Assembly (NCBI GenBank): GCA_001783805.1 | Contig: MFNS01000006.1 | Location: forward strand, 34,095 to 98,094 | DNA from: Candidatus Levybacteria bacterium RIFCSPHIGHO2_01_FULL_40_16 | GTDB taxonomy: Bacteria > Patescibacteriota > Microgenomatia > Levybacterales > UBA12049 | Direction: 5' to 3' | DNA length: 64,000 nucleotides | Shown here: positions 43,714 through 53,327 of the stretch, piece by piece | How positions within the stretch are numbered: the first letter of the stretch is position 1 | How the letters are laid out: every line of letters starts with the position of its first letter | Translations under genes and position numbers: made by a program | Notes under the pieces: model-generated | What the model was told of the DNA's origin: nothing | What the model saw: the letters and a program-made list of their open reading frames with translations, nothing else | Database searches by the model: none

Positions 43714-44967
43714 ATGTTTTTTTCAAAGAAAAAAATAATATTTATACTTTTTCTTCTTAGCCTATTAGTTCTTTCTAAATACTTCTCAATAATTGTTTAT
43801 GCCGCGGATTGTGATGATAAGAATGGTCAAGAAAAAGTTGACTGCCTACAGAATAAAGTAAATGATCTTAAGGGTCAAGCCAAAACACTTTCGTCCCAAA
43901 TTTCCATAATGGATAGTCAAATTAGATTAACAGAGGCAAGAATAGAGACAAACAAAAGGCAAATACTCGATTTAACACTAGACATTGATACGACAACGAA
44001 AAAAATTTCCTCTCTCCAGGACTCTTTAAATAAAATTACGGAAGTATTGCTAAATAGAATTGTTGCAACATATCAGGCAGGGAGAGTTCAGCCGTTTGAA
44101 ATGCTTTTATCCTCTCGGGACGCTTCCAATTTGCTGGCGAGACTAAATTATTTAAGGATTGCACAAAACCATGATAAAAGACTTATCTACGATGTCCAGC
44201 AAGCAAAAAATGACTACACAAATCAAAAAGATATTTACGAGGCAAAGAAGAAAAAAGTAGAGAATCTCAAAAAACAACTCGAAGCATATACTGTTCAATT
44301 AAATCAGGAAAAAGTAAATAAGCAAGATTTGCTTAGTCAAACAAGGGGAAGTGAGGCGACATATCAATCCCTTTTGGCGCAAGCCAGAGCTCAGTTGGCC
44401 GCCTTTTCTAATTTTGCAACTTCTACCTTTGGAACATCATTGGTTCCCCATAAAGAATTGTCTGATGAATACGGTAAATATTATAATCAAAGGGATAGTC
44501 AATGGGGCAATTTATTAGTCAATAATGATAGCAGCAATTGTAGGGGTGGTCCCTGTACCTTAGCTAGAATTGGTTGTCTGATAACTTCTTATGCGATGGT
44601 GGCTTCTCGTTTTGGAAGCTCAATAAATCCCGCAGACGTAGCGGTAAACTCCAGTAACTTTTGGGGCGGTAGCGCTGATTTTATGAAGCCGGGTCCCTCG
44701 GCAAATGGGCATGCGGTAAGTTATGTAGCTGATCCATCCATACAGCAGTTAAGAGACGCATTAAGCTCTGGTGCAGCTGTAATTGCTGGTTTATCAATCA
44801 ATGGCGGTCCATCCTCAACTCATTATTCTGATCACTGGGTTGTTTTAAGGTCGGTTGATGGTGAAAGCTTTAAGATAAATGATCCTGCTTATCAAGACGC
44901 AATGAACGTTTCCTTGAATGACCATTATTCTAGCTGGACAATAATTGAAGCAAGAATTTATAGATAA
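43714..44967 (+). CDS. PcsB/CwlO-like coiled-coil protein with C-terminal C39-like cysteine peptidase domain
   Basis: Signal, long coiled coil, YYNQRD..W, GCLITS.AM, HWVV, INDP. Confidence 0.82.
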   Translation: MFFSKKKIIFILFLLSLLVLSKYFSIIVYAADCDDKNGQEKVDCLQNKVNDLKGQAKTLSSQISIMDSQIRLTEARIETNKRQILDLTLDIDTTTKKISSLQDSLNKITEVLLNRIVATYQAGRVQPFEMLLSSRDASNLLARLNYLRIAQNHDKRLIYDVQQAKNDYTNQKDIYEAKKKKVENLKKQLEAYTVQLNQEKVNKQDLLSQTRGSEATYQSLLAQARAQLAAFSNFATSTFGTSLVPHKELSDEYGKYYNQRDSQWGNLLVNNDSSNCRGGPCTLARIGCLITSYAMVASRFGSSINPADVAVNSSNFWGGSADFMKPGPSANGHAVSYVADPSIQQLRDALSSGAAVIAGLSINGGPSSTHYSDHWVVLRSVDGESFKINDPAYQDAMNVSLNDHYSSWTIIEARIYR

Positions 44968-44974
44968 ATATTAA

Positions 44975-45847
44975 ATGAGAGCAATAATTGTCCTTATTGC
45001 GGTTTTATTTCTTCTGCATTTTGCGAATCCTGTTTCTGCAGCAACTTTTACCTTCGAAGGATCTCTGGCAGAGATCCATGATGATGAATCTTTTACTATC
45101 AATGTTTTACTTTCTATAGCCAGTTCGAAGGGAAAAAGCTATTACATTCGACCTGGATTCTTCCAGCCAGAAAAAACTCCACGTTCTTATTTCGGCTATA
45201 TCAAAGATAATGCAGGTGATTGGGCTAACGGGGGATCACCGATAGATAAAACACAGTTTTATAAAATTACTATGAATGACAATAACGAATGGGTAGGCAG
45301 CCTTATTATAAAGGCTGATCTAGAGGCTTCCGGATTCAATGGATCGGGAAATTACAATTTTATAATTGGTAGGTATACAGAATCCGGGAGCACAGTAAAT
45401 TGGTGCGATGGCGATTCCACTCCATGTTCCACTTCCATTATTACAATTAATCAAGCACCAACGCCTACGTCTACCCCGACGCCTGTTCCAATAAATATTC
45501 CTACTTCAACGCCAACCCCTACGCCAACTCCAACATCTTTGCCGGCGCCGACGAAAACGCCAACGCCTACTCCAAGCCGTACACCTACGCCTATTTTAAG
45601 ATCCTCGTTATCGCCTGCGCCAGAAGAAGTTTTGGGAGAAAGTACGGAAACTGGGGAAATTGTTTCCGCTACTGACACAGAATCTTCTAATGAAGACGCA
45701 CTGGCTTCAAATAAATCCAAAAGCACAAATAACAATTGGTTTCAAAAATTTTTCATTTGGATTGGCGGAATTCTTTTAATTGCTTGTGCTATACTATCTT
45801 TTCGAGTTTATATTAAAAATAAAAAACCGGATTCCGAAACAATATGA
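44975..45847 (+). CDS. Secreted/surface protein with Pro-Thr linker and C-terminal TM
   Basis: Signal peptide, PT-rich tract about 45455-45592, EVLGE motif, C-terminal anchor. Confidence 0.8.
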   Translation: MRAIIVLIAVLFLLHFANPVSAATFTFEGSLAEIHDDESFTINVLLSIASSKGKSYYIRPGFFQPEKTPRSYFGYIKDNAGDWANGGSPIDKTQFYKITMNDNNEWVGSLIIKADLEASGFNGSGNYNFIIGRYTESGSTVNWCDGDSTPCSTSIITINQAPTPTSTPTPVPINIPTSTPTPTPTPTSLPAPTKTPTPTPSRTPTPILRSSLSPAPEEVLGESTETGEIVSATDTESSNEDALASNKSKSTNNNWFQKFFIWIGGILLIACAILSFRVYIKNKKPDSETI

Positions 45848-46323
45848 AAATTAAAGAAAAAGTTTTTGTTACAAATAATTTCGAAGAGACACAAAAACTA
45901 GGAGAGAATTTTGCAAGGTCTCTCCTTGCAAGTCCGCAAGGAGAGACCTCAAATGTGATTACTCTCTATGGGGAGTTGGGAAGCGGCAAAACAACTTTTG
46001 TTCAGGGGTTAGCGGCTGGCCTTGGAATTAAGAACAGAATTATTTCCCCTACATTCATAATAGTCAGAAGCTATAAATTAAGGATTAAGGATAAAGGATT
46101 AATGATAAATGACTTTTATCATATAGATTTGTATAGGGTGGAGAGCGAGAGGGATCTTGAGGGTTTAGGGATTGAAGAAATTGTAAATAATAAAAATAAT
46201 ATTGTGGTAATTGAGTGGGCGGAAAAATTAAAAAAATACTTGCCTCAAAAAAGAATAGACATAAAATTTTCATATGAAAAAGACAACATAAGAAAAATTA
46301 TGTTTGGATCTTCAAATCAATAA
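45844..46323 (+). CDS. tsaE: t6A biosynthesis ATPase TsaE with two repeat-derived inserts
   Basis: GELGSGKTTF, I.SPTF, YHIDLYR, IEWAE. Confidence 0.96.
   Translation: MKIKEKVFVTNNFEETQKLGENFARSLLASPQGETSNVITLYGELGSGKTTFVQGLAAGLGIKNRIISPTFIIVRSYKLRIKDKGLMINDFYHIDLYRVESERDLEGLGIEEIVNNKNNIVVIEWAEKLKKYLPQKRIDIKFSYEKDNIRKIMFGSSNQ
45911..45953. repeat. Inverted doublet of REP-like hairpin in tsaE
   Basis: TTGCAAGG-TCTCT-CCTTGCAA then CGCAAGG-AGAGA-CCTCAAA. Confidence 0.8.
46077..46111 (+). repeat. Heptamer array in tsaE
   Basis: ATTAAGG ATTAAGG ATAAAGG ATTAATG ATAAATG. Confidence 0.88.
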
Positions 46324-46379
46324 GCATCGTTTGACAATTGCCTTACTTGTGTGGTATATATTGTCCACTGCCTCACAAG

Positions 46380-46577
46380 ATGAATTACAATATCCAGACA
46401 AATTTTTTCAATGTTAAAGAAGTTTCAGTATTTTTAAAATTAAGCGCACTAACAGTTTACAAATATATCTCGGAGAAAAAAATTAAAGCAATACAGTTTG
46501 GCGGACGTTACCTTATCGATAAATCCTCACTTAATAAATTTGTGAAAGAGAGAAAATTAAGTAAATCCAGCACCTGA
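46380..46577 (+). CDS. Excisionase-like helix-turn-helix protein
   Basis: FFNVKEVS.FLKLS..TVYKYI..KKI.A..FG.RY.I; start moved to ATG 46380. Confidence 0.82.
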   Translation: MNYNIQTNFFNVKEVSVFLKLSALTVYKYISEKKIKAIQFGGRYLIDKSSLNKFVKERKLSKSST

Positions 46578-46592
46578 TTGGTGACGGATAAA
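46562..46592. repeat. TAAATCC-NGCAC palindrome family, degenerate copy supplying the stop codon
   Basis: TAAATCCAGCACCTGATTGGTGACGGATAAA. Confidence 0.78.
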
Positions 46593-46627
46593 ACCTCTTG
46601 GAACCTTCTAATTGATATAATTACAAT

Positions 46628-47206
46628 ATGGATAAGGTTAAAAAAGCAATTGAAGTTTTAAGGCAGGGCGGAATAGTTATTTTTCCAACAGATACGGCTA
46701 TCGGCATTGGCTGCAGAGTAGATGATAAAAAAGCAGTAGAAAGATTATTTAAAATCCGCAAAAGACCTGAAAATAAACCAATGTTAATATTGGTTAATTC
46801 GATTGAGATGGCTCAAGATTATTTATTACCAATTTCTCAAGAAATTAAGAATAAGCTGATTAAACGCTATTGGCCGGGAAAGCTTACAATTATTCTGCAA
46901 AGCAAAATTGATAAGGTGCCAAATTTGGTAAGAGGCGGAACAAATACTCTTGGCGTTAGATTTCCCGATAGTAAAAATTTGTTAAAATTAATTAGCGGAG
47001 TGGGCGTACCAGTTGTTGCGCCATCTGCAAATTTTGCAGGCGAGAAAACACCGTTTAGATTTGAAGATCTAAATCCAAAACTTATAAAACAAGCGGATTA
47101 TGTTTTAAATGAAGAAATAAGTTTGGAAAAAAATGTTTCAACTATAATTGATTGTACGGTTACGCCCTGGAAGGTTATCAGAGAAGGAGCGGTAAAGATA
47201 AATTAA
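46628..47206 (+). CDS. tsaC: Threonylcarbamoyl-AMP synthase (Sua5/YrdC)
   Basis: FPTDT..G.GC, K.RP..KP, WPG.LT, GVR.P, APSAN, STIID, IREGA. Confidence 0.94.
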   Translation: MDKVKKAIEVLRQGGIVIFPTDTAIGIGCRVDDKKAVERLFKIRKRPENKPMLILVNSIEMAQDYLLPISQEIKNKLIKRYWPGKLTIILQSKIDKVPNLVRGGTNTLGVRFPDSKNLLKLISGVGVPVVAPSANFAGEKTPFRFEDLNPKLIKQADYVLNEEISLEKNVSTIIDCTVTPWKVIREGAVKIN

Positions 47207-47234
47207 AAATGAAAAATGAAAAATTAAAAATTAT
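47200..47234 (+). repeat. Heptamer array spanning tsaC stop and tsaB start
   Basis: AAATTAA AAATGAA AAATGAA AAATTAA AAATTAT. Confidence 0.85.
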
Positions 47235-47565
47235 TTTGGTACTAGATACTGCAGATAGTCAAGAAATTACAGTAGGTTTGATTATTGATGGCCGGAAAGA
47301 CATTCAAACCAAAAAGGTTATTTTCAATAAGACACAAATTATCCTGCCAATGGTTGATAAGATTCTAAAAAAACATTTATTAGCGCCAAAAGATTTATCG
47401 GAAATTCAAATTAACCTCGGGCCGGGATCATTCACAGGCTTACGGATTGGTCTTGCCATTGCCAATGCTTTGTCTTTTGTTCTCAAAGTTCCGGTTAATG
47501 GAAAAAAAGCCGGAGAAATAATTTTGCCAATATATTCCTCCTCCGCGAAAAGCAAACAGCATTAG
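47209..47565 (+). CDS. tsaB: TsaB, N-terminal domain only
   Basis: LVLDTA, GPGSFTGLRIG...ANAL; 118 aa. Confidence 0.9.
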   Translation: MKNEKLKIILVLDTADSQEITVGLIIDGRKDIQTKKVIFNKTQIILPMVDKILKKHLLAPKDLSEIQINLGPGSFTGLRIGLAIANALSFVLKVPVNGKKAGEIILPIYSSSAKSKQH

Positions 47566-47654
47566 ACATGTAAAGTTATTGTTATTTCGCTTCGGCGGAT
47601 TTAAGCTCTGGTAACGTTGAATAATATAATTGGCAGAGCTTCAAAAGTGATATA

Positions 47655-48512
47655 ATGAAGAAAATGAAAGATTTCCTGTTTCATCTTTTCATCCCAAGAG
47701 AATCTAATAATCACCGGGCAAAAGTCTTACACCATACAAATTTATTCCTAACAATAGTTTTTCTCTTCTTAGCAAGCTTTCTGATACAAAGAATAAGTGT
47801 AAGTTATCCGGCTGTTCTAGGCATAAATGCAGATATCTCCTCGGATCAACTTTTGTTTTTAACCAATCAAGAAAGACAAAATGCAGGCGTTAATCCATTA
47901 GCTTTTAATGAACAACTTTCCCAAGCAGCTTCAAAAAAAGCTCAGGATATGCTTGACTATGGTTATTGGGCGCATAATTCTCCGACCGGCAAAAGCCCAT
48001 GGGTTTTTATTAGATCATCAGGATACAATTATGTTTATGCGGGAGAGAATTTGGCAAGGGGATTTGCGACTGCAGATAGCGTAATGAAAGCATGGATGGC
48101 AAGTCCGGATCATCGGGCAAATGTGCTCTCGGCAAACTACGAAGATGTTGGATTTGCAGTAAAGTTGGGAAAATTAAATGGCGAAGAGACAGTCCTGATT
48201 GTAGAGGAGCTTGGTAGCTTGCATATGCCTATTGCCAAGAGTAAGGTTCAGGATATTGCAGCAGGGAATACAAACGTCCTTACTAAGAATGTTCAAGTGG
48301 TTAGCAAACAATCGCTTATCAATATTTCGTCTCTATCTTCAAATATTTATTACATATTTATTCTAGTATTTATTGCGGCCCTTTTGTTGGATATGATTAT
48401 TGTAGAAAAGAAGAAAGTTATGCGTTTCGTTGGGCACAACATTGATCATATACTATACCTATTGCTGATATTAGTTTTAATTGGTATCTGGGGTAAGGGG
48501 GTAATAATTTGA
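47655..48512 (+). CDS. CAP/SCP domain membrane protein
   Basis: TNQER, KAQDM...YWAH.SP.G, AGENLA, AWMASPDHRAN.L. Confidence 0.92.
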   Translation: MKKMKDFLFHLFIPRESNNHRAKVLHHTNLFLTIVFLFLASFLIQRISVSYPAVLGINADISSDQLLFLTNQERQNAGVNPLAFNEQLSQAASKKAQDMLDYGYWAHNSPTGKSPWVFIRSSGYNYVYAGENLARGFATADSVMKAWMASPDHRANVLSANYEDVGFAVKLGKLNGEETVLIVEELGSLHMPIAKSKVQDIAAGNTNVLTKNVQVVSKQSLINISSLSSNIYYIFILVFIAALLLDMIIVEKKKVMRFVGHNIDHILYLLLILVLIGIWGKGVII

Positions 48513-48781
48513 TGTTAAAAAGGATATCGGAACATGCCGCCTACTACACGTCGCTGATTGCTATACTTAGTCTTAGTTTTTTACTGGCGTACAGCAGTTC
48601 GGATAGGAGTTTTCAAATTGGCGTTATTGTTGCCACTACCTTTTTCTATGTATTGTGGGGCATTCTGCATCATCTGATAAATCATGATTTACATACAAAA
48701 ATTGTGATAGAATATATACTTATTGGTACCTTTGGTTTGACAATTATATTTTTTCTTTTGAGTGTAAGTGGCAACTATTAG
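48512..48781 (+). CDS. Small 3-TM membrane protein
   Basis: Y..WG..HH and K.V.EY segments; hydrophobic. Confidence 0.72.
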   Translation: MLKRISEHAAYYTSLIAILSLSFLLAYSSSDRSFQIGVIVATTFFYVLWGILHHLINHDLHTKIVIEYILIGTFGLTIIFFLLSVSGNY

Positions 48782-48791
48782 GAGATAATTT

Positions 48792-49520
48792 ATGAAAGGT
48801 GTTGTTTTGGCGGGGGGTCTTGGCACAAGACTCTATCCCTTAACCCATGTAACTAATAAGCATCTGCTTCCAGTTTATAATAAGCCAATGATTTTCTATC
48901 CTATTCAGACTCTGGTGAATGCAGGAATAACGGAAATCTTAATTGTTACTTCAGGACCTCATGTTGGTGATTTTCTGGGAGTGCTTAAAAATGGAAAGGA
49001 TTTAGGGGTAACACATTTGGAATATGCTTATCAGGAAAAACCGGATGGCGGAATTGCGGACGCGCTTTCTCTGGCAGAGGCTTTTGCGGATGGAGATTCG
49101 ATTACGGTTATTTTGGGAGATAACACTACGGATGCAGATATTTCACAGGCGGCTAGAAGATTTAAGGATGGAGCAGTTGTTTTTCTTAAAAAAGTTCCGG
49201 ACCCAAAGCGTTTCGGAGTACCCCTATTTGATCCTAAAAATCCAAAAAATATAATCAAAATTGAGGAAAAACCAAAAGAGCCTAAATCTGATTATGCCGT
49301 TACAGGTATCTATATTTACGATAATAAAGTTTTTGAGTACGTTAGGAAATGCGATCCGAATTTTGCCGGAAGAGGAGAATTAGAGATTACAGAGGTAAAT
49401 AATTACTATATTAACGAAAAAAAACTCAGATGGGAAGAGCTAAATGGATATTGGAGCGATGCCGGAACTTTTGATAGTCTTTTTAAATCCAGCAGTTATT
49501 GGGCCACCCAAAAAAAATGA
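48792..49520 (+). CDS. rmlA: Glucose-1-phosphate thymidylyltransferase (SpsI-like short form)
   Basis: GVVLAGGLGTRLYPLT, KHLLPVYNKPMI, LGDN, EEKP, RGELEIT, W.DAGT. Confidence 0.93.
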   Translation: MKGVVLAGGLGTRLYPLTHVTNKHLLPVYNKPMIFYPIQTLVNAGITEILIVTSGPHVGDFLGVLKNGKDLGVTHLEYAYQEKPDGGIADALSLAEAFADGDSITVILGDNTTDADISQAARRFKDGAVVFLKKVPDPKRFGVPLFDPKNPKNIIKIEEKPKEPKSDYAVTGIYIYDNKVFEYVRKCDPNFAGRGELEITEVNNYYINEKKLRWEELNGYWSDAGTFDSLFKSSSYWATQKK

Positions 49521-50059
49521 GCCAATGGAAAATTATTTCTCAAAAATCCATACTTAAAGCGAAACTTTTTGACGTTAAACAAATAGATTTTGAAAATAAA
49601 TCTGGAAAGAAAAAGACGCATCGTGTGGCGGAAAGAGTTCCAATTGTTTCAGTTTTTCCCCTGACCGACTCATACGAAATTTATTTGCTTTCCGAATATA
49701 GATACATGCTGAAGAAAACAATTATAGAAGCTGTAGCTGGGCATATGGAAAAAAAAGAAACTACAATTGCCGCAGCAAAAAGAGAACTAAAAGAAGAGGC
49801 AGGCATAGAGGCTCAACAGTTGGAAGAAATAGCCAGAATTGAAATGTCGGGCAGCGTTTTTAAGAGTAAAGTCCACCTTTTTTTGGCAAAAGGATTGGAA
49901 ATAGGAGATAATAAACCTGATGATGACGAAGAGATATCTGTTATTAAAATGCCTTTAGCGCTGGCCGTAGAAAAAGTTATGTCGGGAGAAATTAATCATG
50001 CCTCAAGCGTGATAGGTATATTAATGCTTGATAATTTAAGAAGAGAGAAAAAATTATAA
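49517..50059 (+). CDS. Nudix hydrolase (ADP-ribose pyrophosphatase-like)
   Basis: AG.....E....AA.REL.EEAG, PDDDE.I; start moved to ATG 49517. Confidence 0.9.
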   Translation: MSQWKIISQKSILKAKLFDVKQIDFENKSGKKKTHRVAERVPIVSVFPLTDSYEIYLLSEYRYMLKKTIIEAVAGHMEKKETTIAAAKRELKEEAGIEAQQLEEIARIEMSGSVFKSKVHLFLAKGLEIGDNKPDDDEEISVIKMPLALAVEKVMSGEINHASSVIGILMLDNLRREKKL

Positions 50060-50061
50060 TT

Positions 50062-51075
50062 ATGAAACTTCTAGTTACGGGTGGAGCAGGATTTATAGGA
50101 TCCAATTTTATTCTTTATTGGATGAAGAATTATCCGCAAGATAGAATTGTTAATTTGGATAATCTTACTTACGCGGGGAATTTGGAAAATCTTAAAGAAG
50201 TTGAGAAGAATCCCAACTATAAATTCATTCATGGAAACATTTGCAATTTAAATATTGTAGGCGAGGCAATGAGGGGTATAGATACGGTTGTGCATTTTGC
50301 TGCAGAAAGCCATGTCGATAGGTCAATCCTGAAGCCATCCGATTTTATTGTGACAAATGTTGTTGGCACCCAAGTCTTGTTGGATAGCGCCTTGAAGCAT
50401 AAGGTGAAGCGTTTTCACCATATTTCTACAGATGAAGTTTATGGAAGCCTTAAACTTAATGATCAGAGTAAATTTAATGAACGAACAAATTATAATCCCA
50501 ATAGTCCATATTCGGCAAGTAAAGCCGGGTCAGATCATTTAGTTAAAGCGTATAGCGAAACTTATGGTCTTCCAATTACAATTACTAATTGCTCAAACAA
50601 TTTTGGTCCGTATCAATTCCCGGAAAAATTTATTCCATTGGCAATAACAAATATTTTAGAGGACAAAAAGGTTCCGGTATACGGAGACGGGCTGTATGTA
50701 AGGGATTGGCTCTATGTGATTGATCACTGCAGAGCAATAGATCTAGTTTTAAATAAGGGCAAAGTTGGGGAGACATATTTGGTAGGCGGAATGACGGATG
50801 ACATCTCTAATCTGGAGGTGGTTAAAAAAATTCTGAAGATTATGGGTAAACCGGAAAGCTTTGTAGAGCATGTTAAAGATAGACTCGGACATGACCGTCG
50901 TTATGCGGTTAATTGGTCAAAAATAGAAAAAGAATTAGGCTGGAAACCCCTTCACGATTTTGATGAGTGGCTTGAAAAAACTATTGCTTGGTATAAAGAA
51001 AATGAAAAATGGTGGAAGGATGTAAAATCAGGCGATTACAAAAAATACTATCAAGAGCAATATGGAAAATTATGA
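50062..51075 (+). CDS. rmlB: dTDP-glucose 4,6-dehydratase
   Basis: TGGAGFIGSNF, FAAESHVDRSI, STDEVYG, YSASKA, DR.GHD.RYA. Confidence 0.96.
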   Translation: MKLLVTGGAGFIGSNFILYWMKNYPQDRIVNLDNLTYAGNLENLKEVEKNPNYKFIHGNICNLNIVGEAMRGIDTVVHFAAESHVDRSILKPSDFIVTNVVGTQVLLDSALKHKVKRFHHISTDEVYGSLKLNDQSKFNERTNYNPNSPYSASKAGSDHLVKAYSETYGLPITITNCSNNFGPYQFPEKFIPLAITNILEDKKVPVYGDGLYVRDWLYVIDHCRAIDLVLNKGKVGETYLVGGMTDDISNLEVVKKILKIMGKPESFVEHVKDRLGHDRRYAVNWSKIEKELGWKPLHDFDEWLEKTIAWYKENEKWWKDVKSGDYKKYYQEQYGKL

Positions 51076-51938
51076 AAATTTTGGGAACGGGACTAGATGG
51101 GCTTGTTGGGTCAAGAATAATTGAGCTTTTAAGCGGTAAGCATGAGTTTGAGAATCTCAGCCTCAGTACGGGAGCGGACATTACGGATAGGAATGCAATT
51201 CTCCAAAAAATCAAAAACTCGGATGCTCAAATCATGCTTCACTTAGCCGCGAAAACCGATGTTGATGGATGCGAATTGGATAAGCCATTAGGAGAAAAAG
51301 GAGATGCTTGGAAAATTAATGTGTTTGGAACACAAAACGTAGTTGACGGATGTTCGGAGAGTAATAAAAAAATAATTTATATTTCTACGGATTTTGTTTT
51401 TGATGGAACAAAAGAAGCTTATTCGGAAGAAGATGCTCCAAATCCGCTCAGCTGGTACGCCAAAACAAAATATGAGGGAGAAAAAATCGTCCAAACTTCA
51501 AAAATTCCCTGGATCATTGTCCGTATTGCCTCTCCCTATAGGGCAGTATTCAAAAAATTAGATTTTACTCGCGCGATTCTTAAGCGTTTACAAGAAGGAC
51601 TTTCTGTAGTAGCGGTTAAGGATCATATTTTTACTCCGACATTTATTGACGATATTGCCTTGGCAATCGACGTTCTGATTGCAGATAATTTACAGGGCAT
51701 ATTCCATGCCGTTGGGAGTCAGAGCTTAACACCTTTTGCTGCCTCTATTCTGATAGCAAAAGAATTTAGTTTGGATTCATCTAAAATCACTGAAACTAGA
51801 AGAGCTGAGTTTTTTAATAATCGAGCGCCCAGGTCTTTCCAACTGGCGCTGAAAAATGATAAAATACAAAGATTAGGAGTAAAAATGAAGACGTTTGAAG
51901 AAGGACTGAGAGAGATAAAAAAACAAGGGATAATTTGA
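51072..51938 (+). CDS. rmlD: dTDP-4-dehydrorhamnose reductase-like
   Basis: G..G.VG, HLAA.T.VD.CE, ISTDFVFDG, Y..TK; start moved to 51072. Confidence 0.88.
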   Translation: MKILGTGLDGLVGSRIIELLSGKHEFENLSLSTGADITDRNAILQKIKNSDAQIMLHLAAKTDVDGCELDKPLGEKGDAWKINVFGTQNVVDGCSESNKKIIYISTDFVFDGTKEAYSEEDAPNPLSWYAKTKYEGEKIVQTSKIPWIIVRIASPYRAVFKKLDFTRAILKRLQEGLSVVAVKDHIFTPTFIDDIALAIDVLIADNLQGIFHAVGSQSLTPFAASILIAKEFSLDSSKITETRRAEFFNNRAPRSFQLALKNDKIQRLGVKMKTFEEGLREIKKQGII

Positions 51939-52029
51939 AATTTTAAATTTGCAATTTTCAATCAAATCTAAATTTTAAAATTAAAACATTAAAAATTCAT
52001 TAAAAATTAAAAATTTTAAATTGAAAATT
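51932..52029. repeat. Paired inverted heptamer arms between rmlD and ugd
   Basis: AATTTGA AATTTTA AATTTGC AATTTTC facing ATTAAAA ATTAAAA ATTTTAA ATTGAAA. Confidence 0.8.
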
Positions 52030-52034
52030 AAGTT

Positions 52035-53327
52035 ATGACAATAACTTTTGTAGGACATGGGTATGTAGGTTTGGTAACCGCTTCTGTTTTTGCAGATCTC
52101 GGCAACACAGTTTGGGTTATCGGACATACCAAAGAAAAGATTGAAAATCTCAAAAAAGGCATATTACCCATTTATGAACCGGGACTTGAAGAAATTGTCA
52201 GAAGGAATGTTAAAGCAAAAAGACTATTGTTTACTCTGGATTATAAAGAATCTGTTCCAAATTCAGATGCTGTTTTTATAACAGTTGGTACCCCTCCAAA
52301 ACCGACAGGCGAAGCTGATTTGTCGATTGTTTTTGAAGTCGCCAAGAAAATCGGAGAGAATCTGGATGGATATACCGTGGTCGTAACAAAAAGTACGGTA
52401 CCGGTTGGAACAAATAAAATAATCAATGAAATAATTGCTGCGGCAAAACCCGCAAAAGCAAAGTTTGACATCGCATCTATTCCTGAATTCTTAAGAGAAG
52501 GACAAGCCATATCGGATACGCTTCATCCAGATAGAATTGTAATCGGTACCAATTCCAAGCCCGCAGAGAAATTACTGATTGAACTTCATAAGTCTATCGA
52601 TGGAAGCTATGTATTGACCAATATCGAAACTGCGGAAATGATTAAGTATGCTGCCAACTCATTTCTCGCCACAAAGATTTCTTTTGCGAATGCAATTGCT
52701 CATCTGTCAGAGCTAACCGATGCGGATGGATCAAAAGTTTTAGAGGCAGTGGGGCTTGATAAACGGGTTGGCAGTCAATTCTTGCTTGCGGGAGCAGGAT
52801 ATGGAGGAAGCTGTTTCCCAAAAGATGTAAAAGCCATGATAACAATTGCAAAAAGATCAGGATACGATTTTTCCCTTCTTAAAGCTGTTGAGGAAATTAA
52901 CCAACAGGCAATGCATGGTATAGTTGAAAAAGCAAAGAAGATGTTGGGCGGGAAGGTAAAAGACAAAACGATTGGGATACTTGGCTTATCCTTTAAGCCC
53001 GACACGGACGATATGAGAGATGCTCCTTCAATCTTTATCATAAATAGCCTTCTTAGAGAAGGCGCAAAAATAAAAGCTTATGATCCTATTGCGATGAATA
53101 ACGCAAAAAGAATTCTAAGAAATGTTGATTTTCAACCTGATTCTTATTCTGTTGCCCAAGATTGCGACATTCTGATTATAATAACCGAATGGAATGAATT
53201 TAGACAACTTGATCTAAGGGAAATAAAAAAGTATATGAGCAAACCTGTCCTTCTGGATGGAAGAAATATTTATGATCCCCGGAAATTAAGAGAAATGGGA
53301 TTTATATATACTGGAGTTGGTCGATGA
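52035..53327 (+). CDS. ugd: UDP-glucose/GDP-mannose dehydrogenase
   Basis: G.GYVG, VGTP, KSTVPVGT, PEFLREG, GYGGSCFPKD, FKPDTDDMR. Confidence 0.94.
   Translation: MTITFVGHGYVGLVTASVFADLGNTVWVIGHTKEKIENLKKGILPIYEPGLEEIVRRNVKAKRLLFTLDYKESVPNSDAVFITVGTPPKPTGEADLSIVFEVAKKIGENLDGYTVVVTKSTVPVGTNKIINEIIAAAKPAKAKFDIASIPEFLREGQAISDTLHPDRIVIGTNSKPAEKLLIELHKSIDGSYVLTNIETAEMIKYAANSFLATKISFANAIAHLSELTDADGSKVLEAVGLDKRVGSQFLLAGAGYGGSCFPKDVKAMITIAKRSGYDFSLLKAVEEINQQAMHGIVEKAKKMLGGKVKDKTIGILGLSFKPDTDDMRDAPSIFIINSLLREGAKIKAYDPIAMNNAKRILRNVDFQPDSYSVAQDCDILIIITEWNEFRQLDLREIKKYMSKPVLLDGRNIYDPRKLREMGFIYTGVGR

Noticed and set aside
45455-45592. Pro-Thr tract as part of the DNA repeat system
   Set aside because: Period 6 with varied synonymous codons indicates protein-level linker selection
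46380-46577. Excisionase-like gene as prophage marker
   Set aside because: No integrase or phage genes nearby; flanked by tsaE and tsaC
47603-47641. 8-bp inverted repeat AAGCTCTG/CAGAGCTT
   Set aside because: Single short stem with no T tail or second copy; insufficient evidence
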